Origin: Pyrinomonadaceae bacterium | GTDB lineage: Bacteria > Acidobacteriota > Blastocatellia > Pyrinomonadales > Pyrinomonadaceae | Assembly (NCBI GenBank): GCA_049593215.1 | Contig: JBAWGU010000619.1 | Coordinates: 1 to 15,851, forward strand | Direction: 5' to 3' | DNA length: 15,851 nt | Shown here: positions 1 to 7,733 of the stretch, in pieces | How positions within the stretch are numbered: position 1 is the stretch's first letter | How the letters are laid out: every line of letters starts with the position of its first letter | Program-made: the position numbers and the translations under genes | Notes under the pieces: generated by a model | What the model was told of the DNA's origin: nothing | Seen by the model: only the letters and a program-made list of their open reading frames with translations | Database searches by the model: none

Positions 1-1067
1 GTCTCAGGCGCAAGCGGCGTCATCCACCCGCCCCCGAAATATTTGATGGCCGGAATCAGCACCATAAACGAGAGCACGCCGCCCGCCATCATGATCGAAG
101 AGATGCGCGGCCCGATGATGTAGCCGACGCCGAGCAGCGCCGGATTATTCTCAAGCGAAATCGAAGCGCCTTCAAACGGACGGCCAAAAATTTTAGCCGG
201 ATACTCTTTCCACGTCTTGAAAATCTGCTCCACGGCGTAATAGATAAAGCCCAAACCGAAGCCCGCGATAATGATCTTGCCGCCCGCAGTGGCTTCATCC
301 GCCATCTTTGCCGTTTCAGCATCGGCTTGATGCGCAGCCTCTCTTGATTCCTGAGACGCTCCGGCCTTGAGCACTTCCGCGCAAGCAGTCCCTTCCGGGT
401 ATTTCAGAAAGCCATGCTGCTGCACGATGAGCGCGCGCCTGAGAGGAATCATCATCAGGATGCCGAGCAGACCGCCGAGCACGGCGACGAGCATCACGCG
501 CGTAAACTCAAGGTCGAAGCCCAGAATCATAATCGCAGGCATCGTCACGCCGATGCCGAACGCGATTGATTCGCCCGCAGAGCCTGCCGTCTGCACGATG
601 TTGTTCTCTAAGATGGTTGCGTCGCGCGCCTCAAGGAGTATCCATGTAAGAATGCCCGCGACCAGAACCGATGGAATAATCTGCCACGTCATGCTTTCCA
701 CGCCTAAATATCTCAGGCCGTAAAAAGTTCCCACTCCAAGCAAGAGGCTCACAAGGATCAGGCCGTATCTGACCGCGAGCGGGAGAAATCTGACAGACGA
801 GAAGACGCGAAAGAGCGTGATTGAGATCACGGCGACGGGAATTGACGCGCTCACAGTCAACCCGACTTTGAGGACGAGATAGAGAGACGAGGCTCCGAAG
901 ACAATGCCAAGCAGCGTGCCGATGAACAAAGGCAACGGCGTCAGCTCGCGCAAACGCACGCTGGCAGGAATGTACGGACGAAACGTGGCGAGATAAGGAT
1001 TCTCCGGCTTCGCCCCGACAATATCCGGAAATTCATTCGGTGGATTGGCAGCATCAATGCTCGACAT
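1..1067 (-). CDS. OPT-family oligopeptide transporter. N-terminal about 355 aa; the 3' end of the gene runs past window position 1.
   Basis: I translated the minus strand by hand from an ATG at 1067..1065 and found no stop through position 1. The protein begins MSSIDAANPPNEFPDIVGAKPENPYLATFRPYIPASVRLRELTPLPLFIGTLLGIVFGASSLYLVLKVGLTVSASIPVAVISITLFR and continues through AIMILGFDLEF and FGLGFIYYAVEQ. This is the N-terminal signature and hydrophobic multi-TM pattern typical of bacterial OPT-superfamily transporters. The ORF track misses it because there is no in-window stop. Confidence 0.85.
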   Translation of the reverse strand, partial: MSSIDAANPPNEFPDIVGAKPENPYLATFRPYIPASVRLRELTPLPLFIGTLLGIVFGASSLYLVLKVGLTVSASIPVAVISITLFRVFSSVRFLPLAVRYGLILVSLLLGVGTFYGLRYLGVESMTWQIIPSVLVAGILTWILLEARDATILENNIVQTAGSAGESIAFGIGVTMPAIMILGFDLEFTRVMLVAVLGGLLGILMMIPLRRALIVQQHGFLKYPEGTACAEVLKAGASQESREAAHQADAETAKMADEATAGGKIIIAGFGLGFIYYAVEQIFKTWKEYPAKIFGRPFEGASISLENNPALLGVGYIIGPRISSIMMAGGVLSFMVLIPAIKYFGGGWMTPLAPE

Positions 1068-1173
1068 TGAACTTGGACCTCCAACAAAATTTTCTCTTAA
1101 AACGGGAGAGCGATGGGGATTTATACAGGCGCTACTTTACCGCGCACGGCGCACGCAGTGCAAGCAAACTGAA

Positions 1174-1306
1174 GAAGGTAAAAGGCAAAAGGCAAAGGGC
1201 AAAAGTTTAGGGAAACCACATTTAATTAAAAGACTCCCTTGAGTGATTTAATAAAAAGCTGGCTTCCCCTGACCTTTACCTTTTGCCTTTTACCTTTTGC
1301 CTTCTT
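1174..1306. repeat. Palindromic intergenic element, copy 1. The left arm is 4 tandem G(C/T)AAA(A/G)G heptamers (1174-1205), the loop is AT-rich (1206-1270, about 65 bp), and the right arm is the inverted heptamer array (1271-1306).
   Basis: Read directly from the sequence. The left arm is gaaggtaaaaggcaaaaggcaaagggcaaaag. The right arm is gacctttaccttttgccttttaccttttgccttc, whose reverse complement is gaaggcaaaaggtaaaaggcaaaaggtaaaggtc. The loop contains ttaattaa and is AT-rich. The element sits in the divergent OPT/M14 control region. Confidence 0.7.
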
Positions 1307-1357
1307 TACACTGTCTTCTTCTCTTCATCACAAGGTTCGGTACAGGAGTCGCCACAA

Positions 1358-3739
1358 ATGCGCACACGCATCAACGCCTTCGCGCTGCTCTTCGCGCTGC
1401 TCTTCTCTTTCTTACCTGCAACGCATGTTGTCCGCGCGCAGAAGAACGGCTCGACAGCTCTCGCTTCATCAAGCTCAACGGCGAGCGTGCCCGCGCCCGA
1501 AGATGTTTTAGGCTTTCGTCCCGGCGATGACAGGCGGCTGGCGAGTTGGGCGCAGGTCATCGAATATTTTCAGAAGCTTGATGCGGCGAGCGACCGCGTG
1601 AAGTTTGAAGAGTTGGGCAAGACGACAATGGGTGCGCCCTTTGTGCTGGCAACCATCAGCGCGCCTGAGAACCTTGCGCGCCTTGAAGAATACAAAAAGA
1701 TTCAGCAGCAACTCGCAGACCCGCGCACGCTCCAGCCTAACGCTGACAGGCGAGCCGCAGGGCTTATCGCGCGCGGCAAGACGATTGTGCTTATCACCTG
1801 CGGCATACACTCGGATGAGGTCGGCTCTTATCTTTCAAGTATGCTCATCGCGCATCGTCTTGCTTCTTCCGACGAGCCGCAAATTAAAAACATCTTGCAG
1901 AACAACGTCATCCTGCTCGTGCCTTCCTTAAATCCCGACGGCGTGGACATTGTTAAGAACTGGTACGACAAAACTCTCGGCACGCCTTACGAAGGGACAG
2001 AGCCGCCGGAGCTTTATCACAAGTACGTCGGCCACGACGACAACCGCGACTGGTACGCCTTCACGCAGGTCGAGACGCAGATTACCGTTGATAAGATTCA
2101 CAACGTCTGGCATCCGCAGATCGTCCACGACATACATCAACAGGGCGCATACGGCGCGCGACTGTTCCTGCCGCCCTACATGCAGCCCGTCGAGCCTAAC
2201 GTGCCGAAGCAGATTGTCGAAGGCTACACGGAACTCGGACACGCGATGGCCGCAGACCTGCGCGCCAGAGGCTTCAAAGGCATCACATGGGATTCAACCT
2301 ACGACGCGTGGACGCCCTCGCGCGCCTACTCTCATTATCACGGCGGCGTACGCATCCTCTCCGAAACAGCATCAGCTAAACTTGCCACGCCAATCACTGT
2401 GAAACCCTCAGACCTCGCCGCGCGCGAAGGCTACGACGCTCGCAAAGCCTCTGCCAACTTCCCTGACCCCTGGCCCGGCGGCGAATGGCACTTGAGGGAC
2501 ATCACCAACTACATGACGACTGCGGCCTTCGCGCTTCTTAATCACGCCGCCGTTCATCGCGCAGAGTGGCTGCAAAGATTTTATGAGATTGGCAAAGATG
2601 CTGTGCGACCGCGCAAAAACGGAGAGCTATTCGGTTTCATCATCGAAGAGAACGGCGACGAGGGTTCACATTTTTTGAGTGACGTTCTTTTTCGCGCCGG
2701 GGTTGATGTCGAAGGAATCGCCTCAAGCGTCTCACGCGGCAAGCGGACTGAATATGCTAACGGCACAAGCTTCGTCCGGCTCGACCAGCCCTACGGCGGA
2801 TTTGCGAAGTCGCTGCTTGAGCGGCAGGCTTATCCGAACCTACGCGATGCGTCGGGCAATCCCATTCAACCGTATGACGTGACGGCACACACACTGTCTC
2901 TCCTCGCCGGGGCGGAGGTTCATCCGGTTTACGCGCCCTTCAGATACACACAGCCCGGCCCGATGCTCAGCGCCATTCATCAGAGAAAGAGAGCGTATCT
3001 GGGCAACGTAAGTATCGGCATCTACAAATCAAACGTGCCCTCGATAGATGAAGGCTGGACGCGCTGGATTATCGAGCAGTGGTCGTACCACGCCCAAGAC
3101 AAAAAGGACTACGTATCGCTCGGCGATGCGCGTGTGCGCGCAGGGAGTCTCCGCGCTGATTTCGATGCCATCATCATTCCAGACCAATCGCCCCGCGCGA
3201 TTCTCAACGGCTACAGGCCCGGCACGATGCCAACTGAATTAACCGGCGACCTCGGCGCGGAAGGCGTGCGCCGCTTGCGCGAGTTTGTCGAGCAGGGCGG
3301 GACGCTCATCTGTTTGAATCGCGCTTCAGATTTTGCCATCGAACAGTTGAACCTGCCGGTGCGAGACATTACGGAAGGTCTCAGTCGCAAAGAGTTCTAT
3401 GCGCCCGGCTCGATTCTGCGCACTGAGTTGGACACCTCGCACCCAATCGCCGCAGGGATGCCGCGCGAGTCAATCGCGTGGATTGAAAACTCGCCCGTCT
3501 TCGAGATTAAGAGCGACCCGCTGGCCCTCGTGCGCGTTCGCATCATTGCGCGCTACCCTGCGAACAGTAATCCGCTTCTCTCCGGCTGGCTTCTTGGCGG
3601 CGAGAGAATCAAGGGCAAGGCTGCGCTGTTGGAAGTCGGAATGGGCAAAGGCCGCATCTATCTCTTCGGCTTCCGCCCGCAGTATCGCGGACAATCTCTG
3701 GCGACTTACCCGCTCCTTTTTAACGCTATTACGCACTAA
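1358..3739 (+). CDS. Secreted M14-family zinc carboxypeptidase-like protein (793 aa) with a C-terminal extension of unknown function.
   Basis: The ATG at 1358 is preceded by AGGAG with 8-nt spacing. The most upstream start in this frame is a TTG at 1283 inside the repeat element, so I reject it. The N-terminus MRTRINAFALLFALLFSFLPATHVVRAQ is a classical signal peptide. The motif GIHSDEVGS fits the M14 HxxE zinc-binding motif. NPDG follows, and later His/Tyr/Glu positions are compatible with the carboxypeptidase A fold. The stop is TAA at 3737-3739. Confidence 0.8.
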   Translation: MRTRINAFALLFALLFSFLPATHVVRAQKNGSTALASSSSTASVPAPEDVLGFRPGDDRRLASWAQVIEYFQKLDAASDRVKFEELGKTTMGAPFVLATISAPENLARLEEYKKIQQQLADPRTLQPNADRRAAGLIARGKTIVLITCGIHSDEVGSYLSSMLIAHRLASSDEPQIKNILQNNVILLVPSLNPDGVDIVKNWYDKTLGTPYEGTEPPELYHKYVGHDDNRDWYAFTQVETQITVDKIHNVWHPQIVHDIHQQGAYGARLFLPPYMQPVEPNVPKQIVEGYTELGHAMAADLRARGFKGITWDSTYDAWTPSRAYSHYHGGVRILSETASAKLATPITVKPSDLAAREGYDARKASANFPDPWPGGEWHLRDITNYMTTAAFALLNHAAVHRAEWLQRFYEIGKDAVRPRKNGELFGFIIEENGDEGSHFLSDVLFRAGVDVEGIASSVSRGKRTEYANGTSFVRLDQPYGGFAKSLLERQAYPNLRDASGNPIQPYDVTAHTLSLLAGAEVHPVYAPFRYTQPGPMLSAIHQRKRAYLGNVSIGIYKSNVPSIDEGWTRWIIEQWSYHAQDKKDYVSLGDARVRAGSLRADFDAIIIPDQSPRAILNGYRPGTMPTELTGDLGAEGVRRLREFVEQGGTLICLNRASDFAIEQLNLPVRDITEGLSRKEFYAPGSILRTELDTSHPIAAGMPRESIAWIENSPVFEIKSDPLALVRVRIIARYPANSNPLLSGWLLGGERIKGKAALLEVGMGKGRIYLFGFRPQYRGQSLATYPLLFNAITH

Positions 3740-3805
3740 AATCCGGTAATTAGCGGCAACGACGGAACGGGAAAGGGGAACGGCGAGAATGTTGCCGCTT
3801 TCCGT

Positions 3806-3952
3806 GCCGTCGTTGCCCTCCACAGTTGCGTCGTTACCTTCCCCTGCGCCACCGTTGCCAGCAACGCTCGCACCGTTGCCGCTCCCCGCGCCGCCGTTGC
3901 TGCTCCCCGTCTCGCCGTTGCCCTCCTCGGTGAGGTTGTTATCTTCCTTGTC
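3806..3952. repeat. Degenerate tandem repeat array of about 6 units of 18-24 bp (mostly 21 bp). Consensus is roughly GCnCCGTTGCCnCTCCCC. The top strand is C-rich.
   Basis: The units are gtgccgtcgttgccctccaca, gttgcgtcgttaccttcccct, gcgccaccgttgccagcaacgctc, gcaccgttgccgctcccc, gcgccgccgttgctgctcccc and gtctcgccgttgccctcctcg. An inverted-repeat segment precedes the array: ggcaacgacgg at 3757-3767 pairs with ccgtcgttgcc at 3807-3817. Confidence 0.6.
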
Positions 3953-4034
3953 TTAGCTGTAACCGCCCTCTCCAATAAAGGCTTGCCAGCGCACCTTGTT
4001 TGTTTTGACTGGCCTCCGAAATTGAGCTTCAGGC

Positions 4035-4065
4035 TTGAACATTTTCGCTCGCTTCGTCGTATAAT
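4035..4065 (+). promoter_or_regulatory. Candidate sigma70-type promoter: TTGAAC (4035-4040), 19-bp spacer, TATAAT (4060-4065), upstream of the 4134 gene.
   Basis: The hexamers are read from the sequence. The -10 is perfect. The 19-bp spacer is longer than optimal. Confidence 0.35.
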
Positions 4066-4133
4066 GTGTCTGGCAACACGCCGCGCGCGACAAGGGATTT
4101 AAGCGGTCGCAGCAGTGGCGTTAGAAGCCGCCG

Positions 4134-4802
4134 ATGTTTACCCTTCTATTCACTTCAACTTTACTGTTCGCGGTCATCGTATTCGCCATTTATCTCTGGC
4201 AGCGTCCTTCGTCTAAAGAGAGTTCCGAGCATGTTCTGCCACAGCCGCGCCACGCCGGTTTATTCGGCGACGAGGTTGCCGAGCGCGCACGGGAGGAGCA
4301 GGCTCTTCTCACGCAGAAAGAGACGGAAGCGTGGCGTAAAGAAATATTGGCGCACGCGGCTGAGGGCAACAAGGAAGCCTTGAGTGAAGCTCATGCAGAG
4401 CGTGATACTGCTCTCTATGACAAGGTTTTGAACACGCTGGTTGAGCGCGCGGCTGACTCCGATAAAGGATTGCTCGCGCTCGCTTCATACATCACGCGCC
4501 ACGAACAGTTGAGAGTCAACACCCGCCTTGCGGAAGCGTTGATCGAAGCGTGGAAAGTTTCACCCGACAAGCCTTCGACGGCAAAGATGCTGCACATCGC
4601 CGCGCTCTCTGACGATGCGAAGGTTTATCAAAAGGCAGTCGAAACAGCTCATCAATTTCTGCTTGAAGGCAGGATTGACCAGTTCTCTCTTGAAGAATTG
4701 CGCGTGCTCGCGGATGGCGAGTACTGGATTCTTTCTCAAAAGACGAGAAGCTCCGGCGCGGGCTTCGTCTTGAAACGTCTGCTTGCGACGTTGCGCAAGT
4801 AA
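4134..4802 (+). CDS. Hypothetical N-terminally anchored membrane protein (222 aa), possibly co-transcribed with the downstream SPFH/flotillin gene.
   Basis: The ATG at 4134 is the first start in this frame. One predicted TM helix (LLFTSTLLFAVIVFAIYLW) is followed by a charged alpha-helical domain. An 88-bp gap separates it from the next gene on the same strand. I recognise no family. Confidence 0.55.
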   Translation: MFTLLFTSTLLFAVIVFAIYLWQRPSSKESSEHVLPQPRHAGLFGDEVAERAREEQALLTQKETEAWRKEILAHAAEGNKEALSEAHAERDTALYDKVLNTLVERAADSDKGLLALASYITRHEQLRVNTRLAEALIEAWKVSPDKPSTAKMLHIAALSDDAKVYQKAVETAHQFLLEGRIDQFSLEELRVLADGEYWILSQKTRSSGAGFVLKRLLATLRK

Positions 4803-4890
4803 CAAAACGAAGAAGGTTGCAGCGAGCGACCTCTTTGGTAAATTTGTGTTCCCACAAATCATTCCCCTTAAGAATTGAGGAGTTCAGTTT

Positions 4891-7080
4891 ATGAACATAG
4901 ACTTTGCGTCTTTCACCCCTTACGCCGTGCTGCTGTTTATCGCGCTCATCGCGCTGATTATTCTCTACAAACTTTTCTTCGTGAACGTCGGCGCGAAAGA
5001 GATTGCGATTAAAGAGCGTCGTTATCTTGGCAAGCGTATGCCGCCCGGACGTGTCGTTGCCACTGAAGGCGAAGTCGGCATTCAGGCGGATGTGCTCAAG
5101 CCCGGACTGCATTTCATCTTCTGGCCTATAGAGCGCGTCGAGCGCGCCGTGCGTTTGATTGAAATCGGCGCGGACGAGATGGGCATCGTCGAAGCTGTGG
5201 ACGGCGAGCCGATGCCTCCCGGCAGAATCTTTGCGCCCGACCGCGCACAGAACGCGCACAACAATTTCCAGGACCCGATTGCCTTCATCAAGCAGGGCGG
5301 CGTCAAAGGCATTCAACTACGTACGCTGCCTCCGGGACTGTGGCCGATTCACCCTTACCTGTTCCGCGTTTCAGTGACGAAGACGACTGTCATTCCGCAG
5401 GGCAAGGTCGGCGTCATCACTGCCGCAGACGGCGGCCCGCTCGATGCAGGAAGACTTTTGGGCAAAGCCATCGAAGGCCACATGAATTTTCAGGACGCAG
5501 AGCGGTTCATTGCCTCCGGCGGTCAGAAAGGCCCGCAGGTTGACTTACTGACTCCGGGAACTTACCGCATCCTGACCCAATCAATGCCGATTGACGGCGG
5601 CACGAATACGAAGCCCGGCCTCTTCTTCGTGCGCCTCTTCGATGCGTCAGTTATTAACGAGAATGTGGTCGGCCTTGTCGAAGCTCTGGACGGCTCGCAG
5701 CTAGACCCGCGCGATTACGTCGCCACAACTGTCGAAGGCCACGACAATTTTCAGGACGGCCACGAGTTCATCAATCGCGGCGGCCAGCGTGGTCCACAAA
5801 AAGACATCCTGCTGCCCGGCACTTACTACATCAACCCGTTTCTCTTCAAAGTCATTTCAGAGACGGCGAAAGAAGTTAAGCCGGGCGAGGTCGCAGTGAT
5901 TGTCTCTAACACAGGCAAAGACCCTTCGGACGATGTGCGCCGCGAGATGGCAGCGAAGGTGCGCGAAAGGATGGAGCGCGAAGAGCAGGCACAGGCTGAA
6001 GTCTCGGCGGCGCGTCTGGATAAGATTGATGACCGGAGAACTGCCGACGAGATTAAAGCCGAGTTGATGACCGGCGATCCTGCTGACAGGCGTTTAGACG
6101 AAGGCGCGCACGAAGCTTACGTTGTGCCCGAAGGTTATCGCGGCATACAGGAATCCGTCGTCGGCCCCGGTCGCTACTACGTCAACACTTTGGCGATTAC
6201 GCCGATTATTATTCCAACTACAAACCAGACAGTCGAATGGACTGCGGGCGAAGTCGTCAACACCTTCAACCCGTTCGAGGTCATCTCGAAAGACGGCTTC
6301 ACGATGCAGTTGGAAGTGCGCGTCGTCTTTCGCGTCAAGCCGGAAGATGCGCCCTTCATGGTTGCCAAGATCGGCGGCATTGATCGCTTGATTCAGAACG
6401 TGATGCACCCGCTCATTGACTCCATCTTCCGCAATCAGGCTTCTGAATCTTCTGCGATGGCTTACCTTCAAAATCGCCACGAAGAGCAGGAGCGCGCAGA
6501 GGCTCGCGTTCGCGCACACCTCTTGAAGTATCACGTGGATGTCGTGAATGTTTTGATCTGCCACATACACTTGCCTGAAGCGTTGATGAAGACGCAGACC
6601 GAAAAGATTCTCGCGGAGCAGAGGCAGAACATGTACAACGCTCAGCGCGAGGCCGAAGAGAAGCGCATCCAACTGGAGAAGACCAGCGCGAATGCGGACA
6701 AGCAGAAAGATTTGATGGCCGAAACCGTCGGCGTCGAAATCGCAGGCAAGCGCGCAGAACAGCGCAAGGCCGAAGCGGACGGCGAAGCGCACTACATTCT
6801 TGCGACAGGTAAAGCCGAAGCGGAAAAAGTCCGCTTGATGGGCGAGGCTCAGGGCGTCGCTTATCACGAACAGGTCAACGCACTTGGCGCAAGCGGTGTC
6901 GCTTTAGTCGAAACGCTCAAAGTCATCGGCGAAAAGAATGTTCGTATCACACCGGACATTCTCGCCTCCGGCGGCTCAAGCGACGGCGCGGGCGGCATCG
7001 GCACGCTGCTCCTGCTCAACCTGTTCAAAGACCGCTTGAACCTTCCGGCGGAGAACGGGTCGAAAGCGCCCGCGAAGTAA
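4891..7080 (+). CDS. SPFH/band-7 (flotillin-like) membrane protein, 729 aa, with a triplicated N-terminal repeat and a C-terminal Ala/Glu-rich flotillin-type coiled coil.
   Basis: GAGGAG lies 7 nt upstream of the ATG at 4891. There is an N-terminal TM helix. The SPFH entry segment is GRVVATEGEVGIQADVLKPGLHFIFWPIERV. The core SPFH segment is FEVISKDGFTMQLEVRVVFRVKPEDAPFMVAKIGG. The C-terminus reads GEAHYILATGKAEAEKVRLMGEAQGVAYHEQVNALGASG, which is flotillin-like. Confidence 0.85.
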   Translation: MNIDFASFTPYAVLLFIALIALIILYKLFFVNVGAKEIAIKERRYLGKRMPPGRVVATEGEVGIQADVLKPGLHFIFWPIERVERAVRLIEIGADEMGIVEAVDGEPMPPGRIFAPDRAQNAHNNFQDPIAFIKQGGVKGIQLRTLPPGLWPIHPYLFRVSVTKTTVIPQGKVGVITAADGGPLDAGRLLGKAIEGHMNFQDAERFIASGGQKGPQVDLLTPGTYRILTQSMPIDGGTNTKPGLFFVRLFDASVINENVVGLVEALDGSQLDPRDYVATTVEGHDNFQDGHEFINRGGQRGPQKDILLPGTYYINPFLFKVISETAKEVKPGEVAVIVSNTGKDPSDDVRREMAAKVRERMEREEQAQAEVSAARLDKIDDRRTADEIKAELMTGDPADRRLDEGAHEAYVVPEGYRGIQESVVGPGRYYVNTLAITPIIIPTTNQTVEWTAGEVVNTFNPFEVISKDGFTMQLEVRVVFRVKPEDAPFMVAKIGGIDRLIQNVMHPLIDSIFRNQASESSAMAYLQNRHEEQERAEARVRAHLLKYHVDVVNVLICHIHLPEALMKTQTEKILAEQRQNMYNAQREAEEKRIQLEKTSANADKQKDLMAETVGVEIAGKRAEQRKAEADGEAHYILATGKAEAEKVRLMGEAQGVAYHEQVNALGASGVALVETLKVIGEKNVRITPDILASGGSSDGAGGIGTLLLLNLFKDRLNLPAENGSKAPAK

Positions 7081-7101
7081 AGCAACGAGTTTTCTCAAGC
7101 T

Positions 7102-7138
7102 AAAATGGCGGCTCTGTTTTGAGCCGCCATTTTATTTC
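7102..7138. terminator. Bidirectional intrinsic terminator hairpin between convergent genes.
   Basis: aaaatggcggctc (7102-7114) and gagccgccatttt (7121-7133) form a perfect 13-bp stem with a tgtttt loop. A-rich sequence lies upstream and T-rich sequence (ttttatttct) downstream, so it can terminate transcription arriving from either strand. Confidence 0.75.
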
Positions 7139-7159
7139 TACCCTCAAGGTCAATCAGTC

Positions 7160-7366
7160 TCAAACCGTTTCAAGCGCAACTTCCAGTTGTTCAGGTGCAG
7201 GCACAGAGAAGTTTAACTTCTCAAAGCCAATCACACGTCCCTGCTGATCTTTCATCAAGATTACTTCGTCGCCAGTCTCTTCGCAGATGTATTCGTCTTG
7301 CGGATTACCGAACCAAACGGTCAGAGTATTTCCTGTGTGGTCATAAAAAACTTTTACTTGCTCCAT
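7160..7366 (-). CDS. DUF2283-family small protein (68 aa), putative antitoxin partner of the upstream DUF4258 gene.
   Basis: The ATG at 7366..7364 is preceded by AAGGCGAG. The protein MEQVKVFYDHTGNTLTVWFGNPQDEYICEETGDEVILMKDQQGRVIGFEKLNFSV has the size and pattern of DUF2283. It overlaps the upstream ORF by 13 bp. It is visibly AT-richer than the flanking genes. Confidence 0.7.
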   Translation of the reverse strand: MEQVKVFYDHTGNTLTVWFGNPQDEYICEETGDEVILMKDQQGRVIGFEKLNFSVPAPEQLEVALETV

Positions 7367-7671
7367 ATACGCTCGCCTTCTTTAATAGCATCTGTTGGAA
7401 ATGTCGTAATCAAAAAGCCGTCTCCATCAAGCCGCTTTGCGACAGCGCAAATCCATCGCTTTGGACGCTCTATTCGATAGAAGAGATGCACAGCCCTGTC
7501 GTTGCGGCTTCGTCGAATCTCGTCAGGCTCTCGCAAAGCGTTCCGTACATCCGCCTCTCGCCCGCGCATGACAGGATGTTTGACTGTCACAATCAACTCC
7601 CAGTAATTGCGTGTCACACGAACCCTGAAGCCTAAAGGAGTAGCTACTTCAAAGAATAGGTCGTCAGCCAC
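7354..7671 (-). CDS. DUF4258-family protein (about 105 aa), putative toxin component.
   Basis: I place the start at the GTG at 7671, which is preceded by AGGTGA at 5-6 nt. The longest ORF starts at a GTG at 7680 that has no Shine-Dalgarno sequence. VTRNYWELIVTVKHPVMRGREADVRNALREPDEI and the C-terminal GFLITTFPTDAIKEGERIW match my recollection of DUF4258. The gene is AT-rich and overlaps the DUF2283 gene. Confidence 0.6.
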   Translation of the reverse strand: MADDLFFEVATPLGFRVRVTRNYWELIVTVKHPVMRGREADVRNALREPDEIRRSRNDRAVHLFYRIERPKRWICAVAKRLDGDGFLITTFPTDAIKEGERIWSK

Positions 7672-7733
7672 TTTCTTCACCTGCTCACAGGAATGGCCTT
7701 ACTAAATTGATTTTAGACTATTTTGTATTTTCA

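Noticed and set aside
367-723. Plus-strand 118-aa ORF and minus-strand 77-aa ORF 89..322.
   Set aside because: Both overlap the OPT transporter coding frame, which is the stop-free minus frame running from 1067 to the window edge. They are out-of-frame shadows.
1045-1530. ORFs 1045..1242, 1239..1511 and 1297..1530, and the TTG start at 1283 for the M14 gene.
   Set aside because: They run through the palindromic repeat and promoter region. The ATG at 1358 has a proper AGGAG ribosome-binding site and yields a canonical signal peptide. The upstream extension would translate the repeat element.
3740-3960. Possible CRISPR array, because of short regular repeats.
   Set aside because: The units are contiguous, degenerate 18-24 bp repeats with no unique spacers of uniform length between them. 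No cas genes are nearby. This is not a CRISPR architecture.
3736-3975. 79-aa Ala/Arg/Thr-rich minus-strand ORF and the 117-aa ORF 3470..3823 (GTG start).
   Set aside because: The first is a low-complexity reading of the 21-bp repeat array. The second overlaps the 3' end of the M14 gene. Neither has a ribosome-binding site or a recognisable fold. I record the repeat itself as a finding instead.
4516-6867. Minus-strand ORFs 4516..5316 (266 aa), 4560..4862 and 6094..6867 (257 aa).
   Set aside because: They are antisense to the SPFH/flotillin gene and the upstream membrane-protein gene. There are no recognisable domains. The frames overlap strong plus-strand coding signal.
7195-7635. 146-aa plus-strand ORF.
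   Set aside because: It is antisense to the DUF4258/DUF2283 pair and has no motifs. The minus-strand genes have family-level similarity and ribosome-binding sites.
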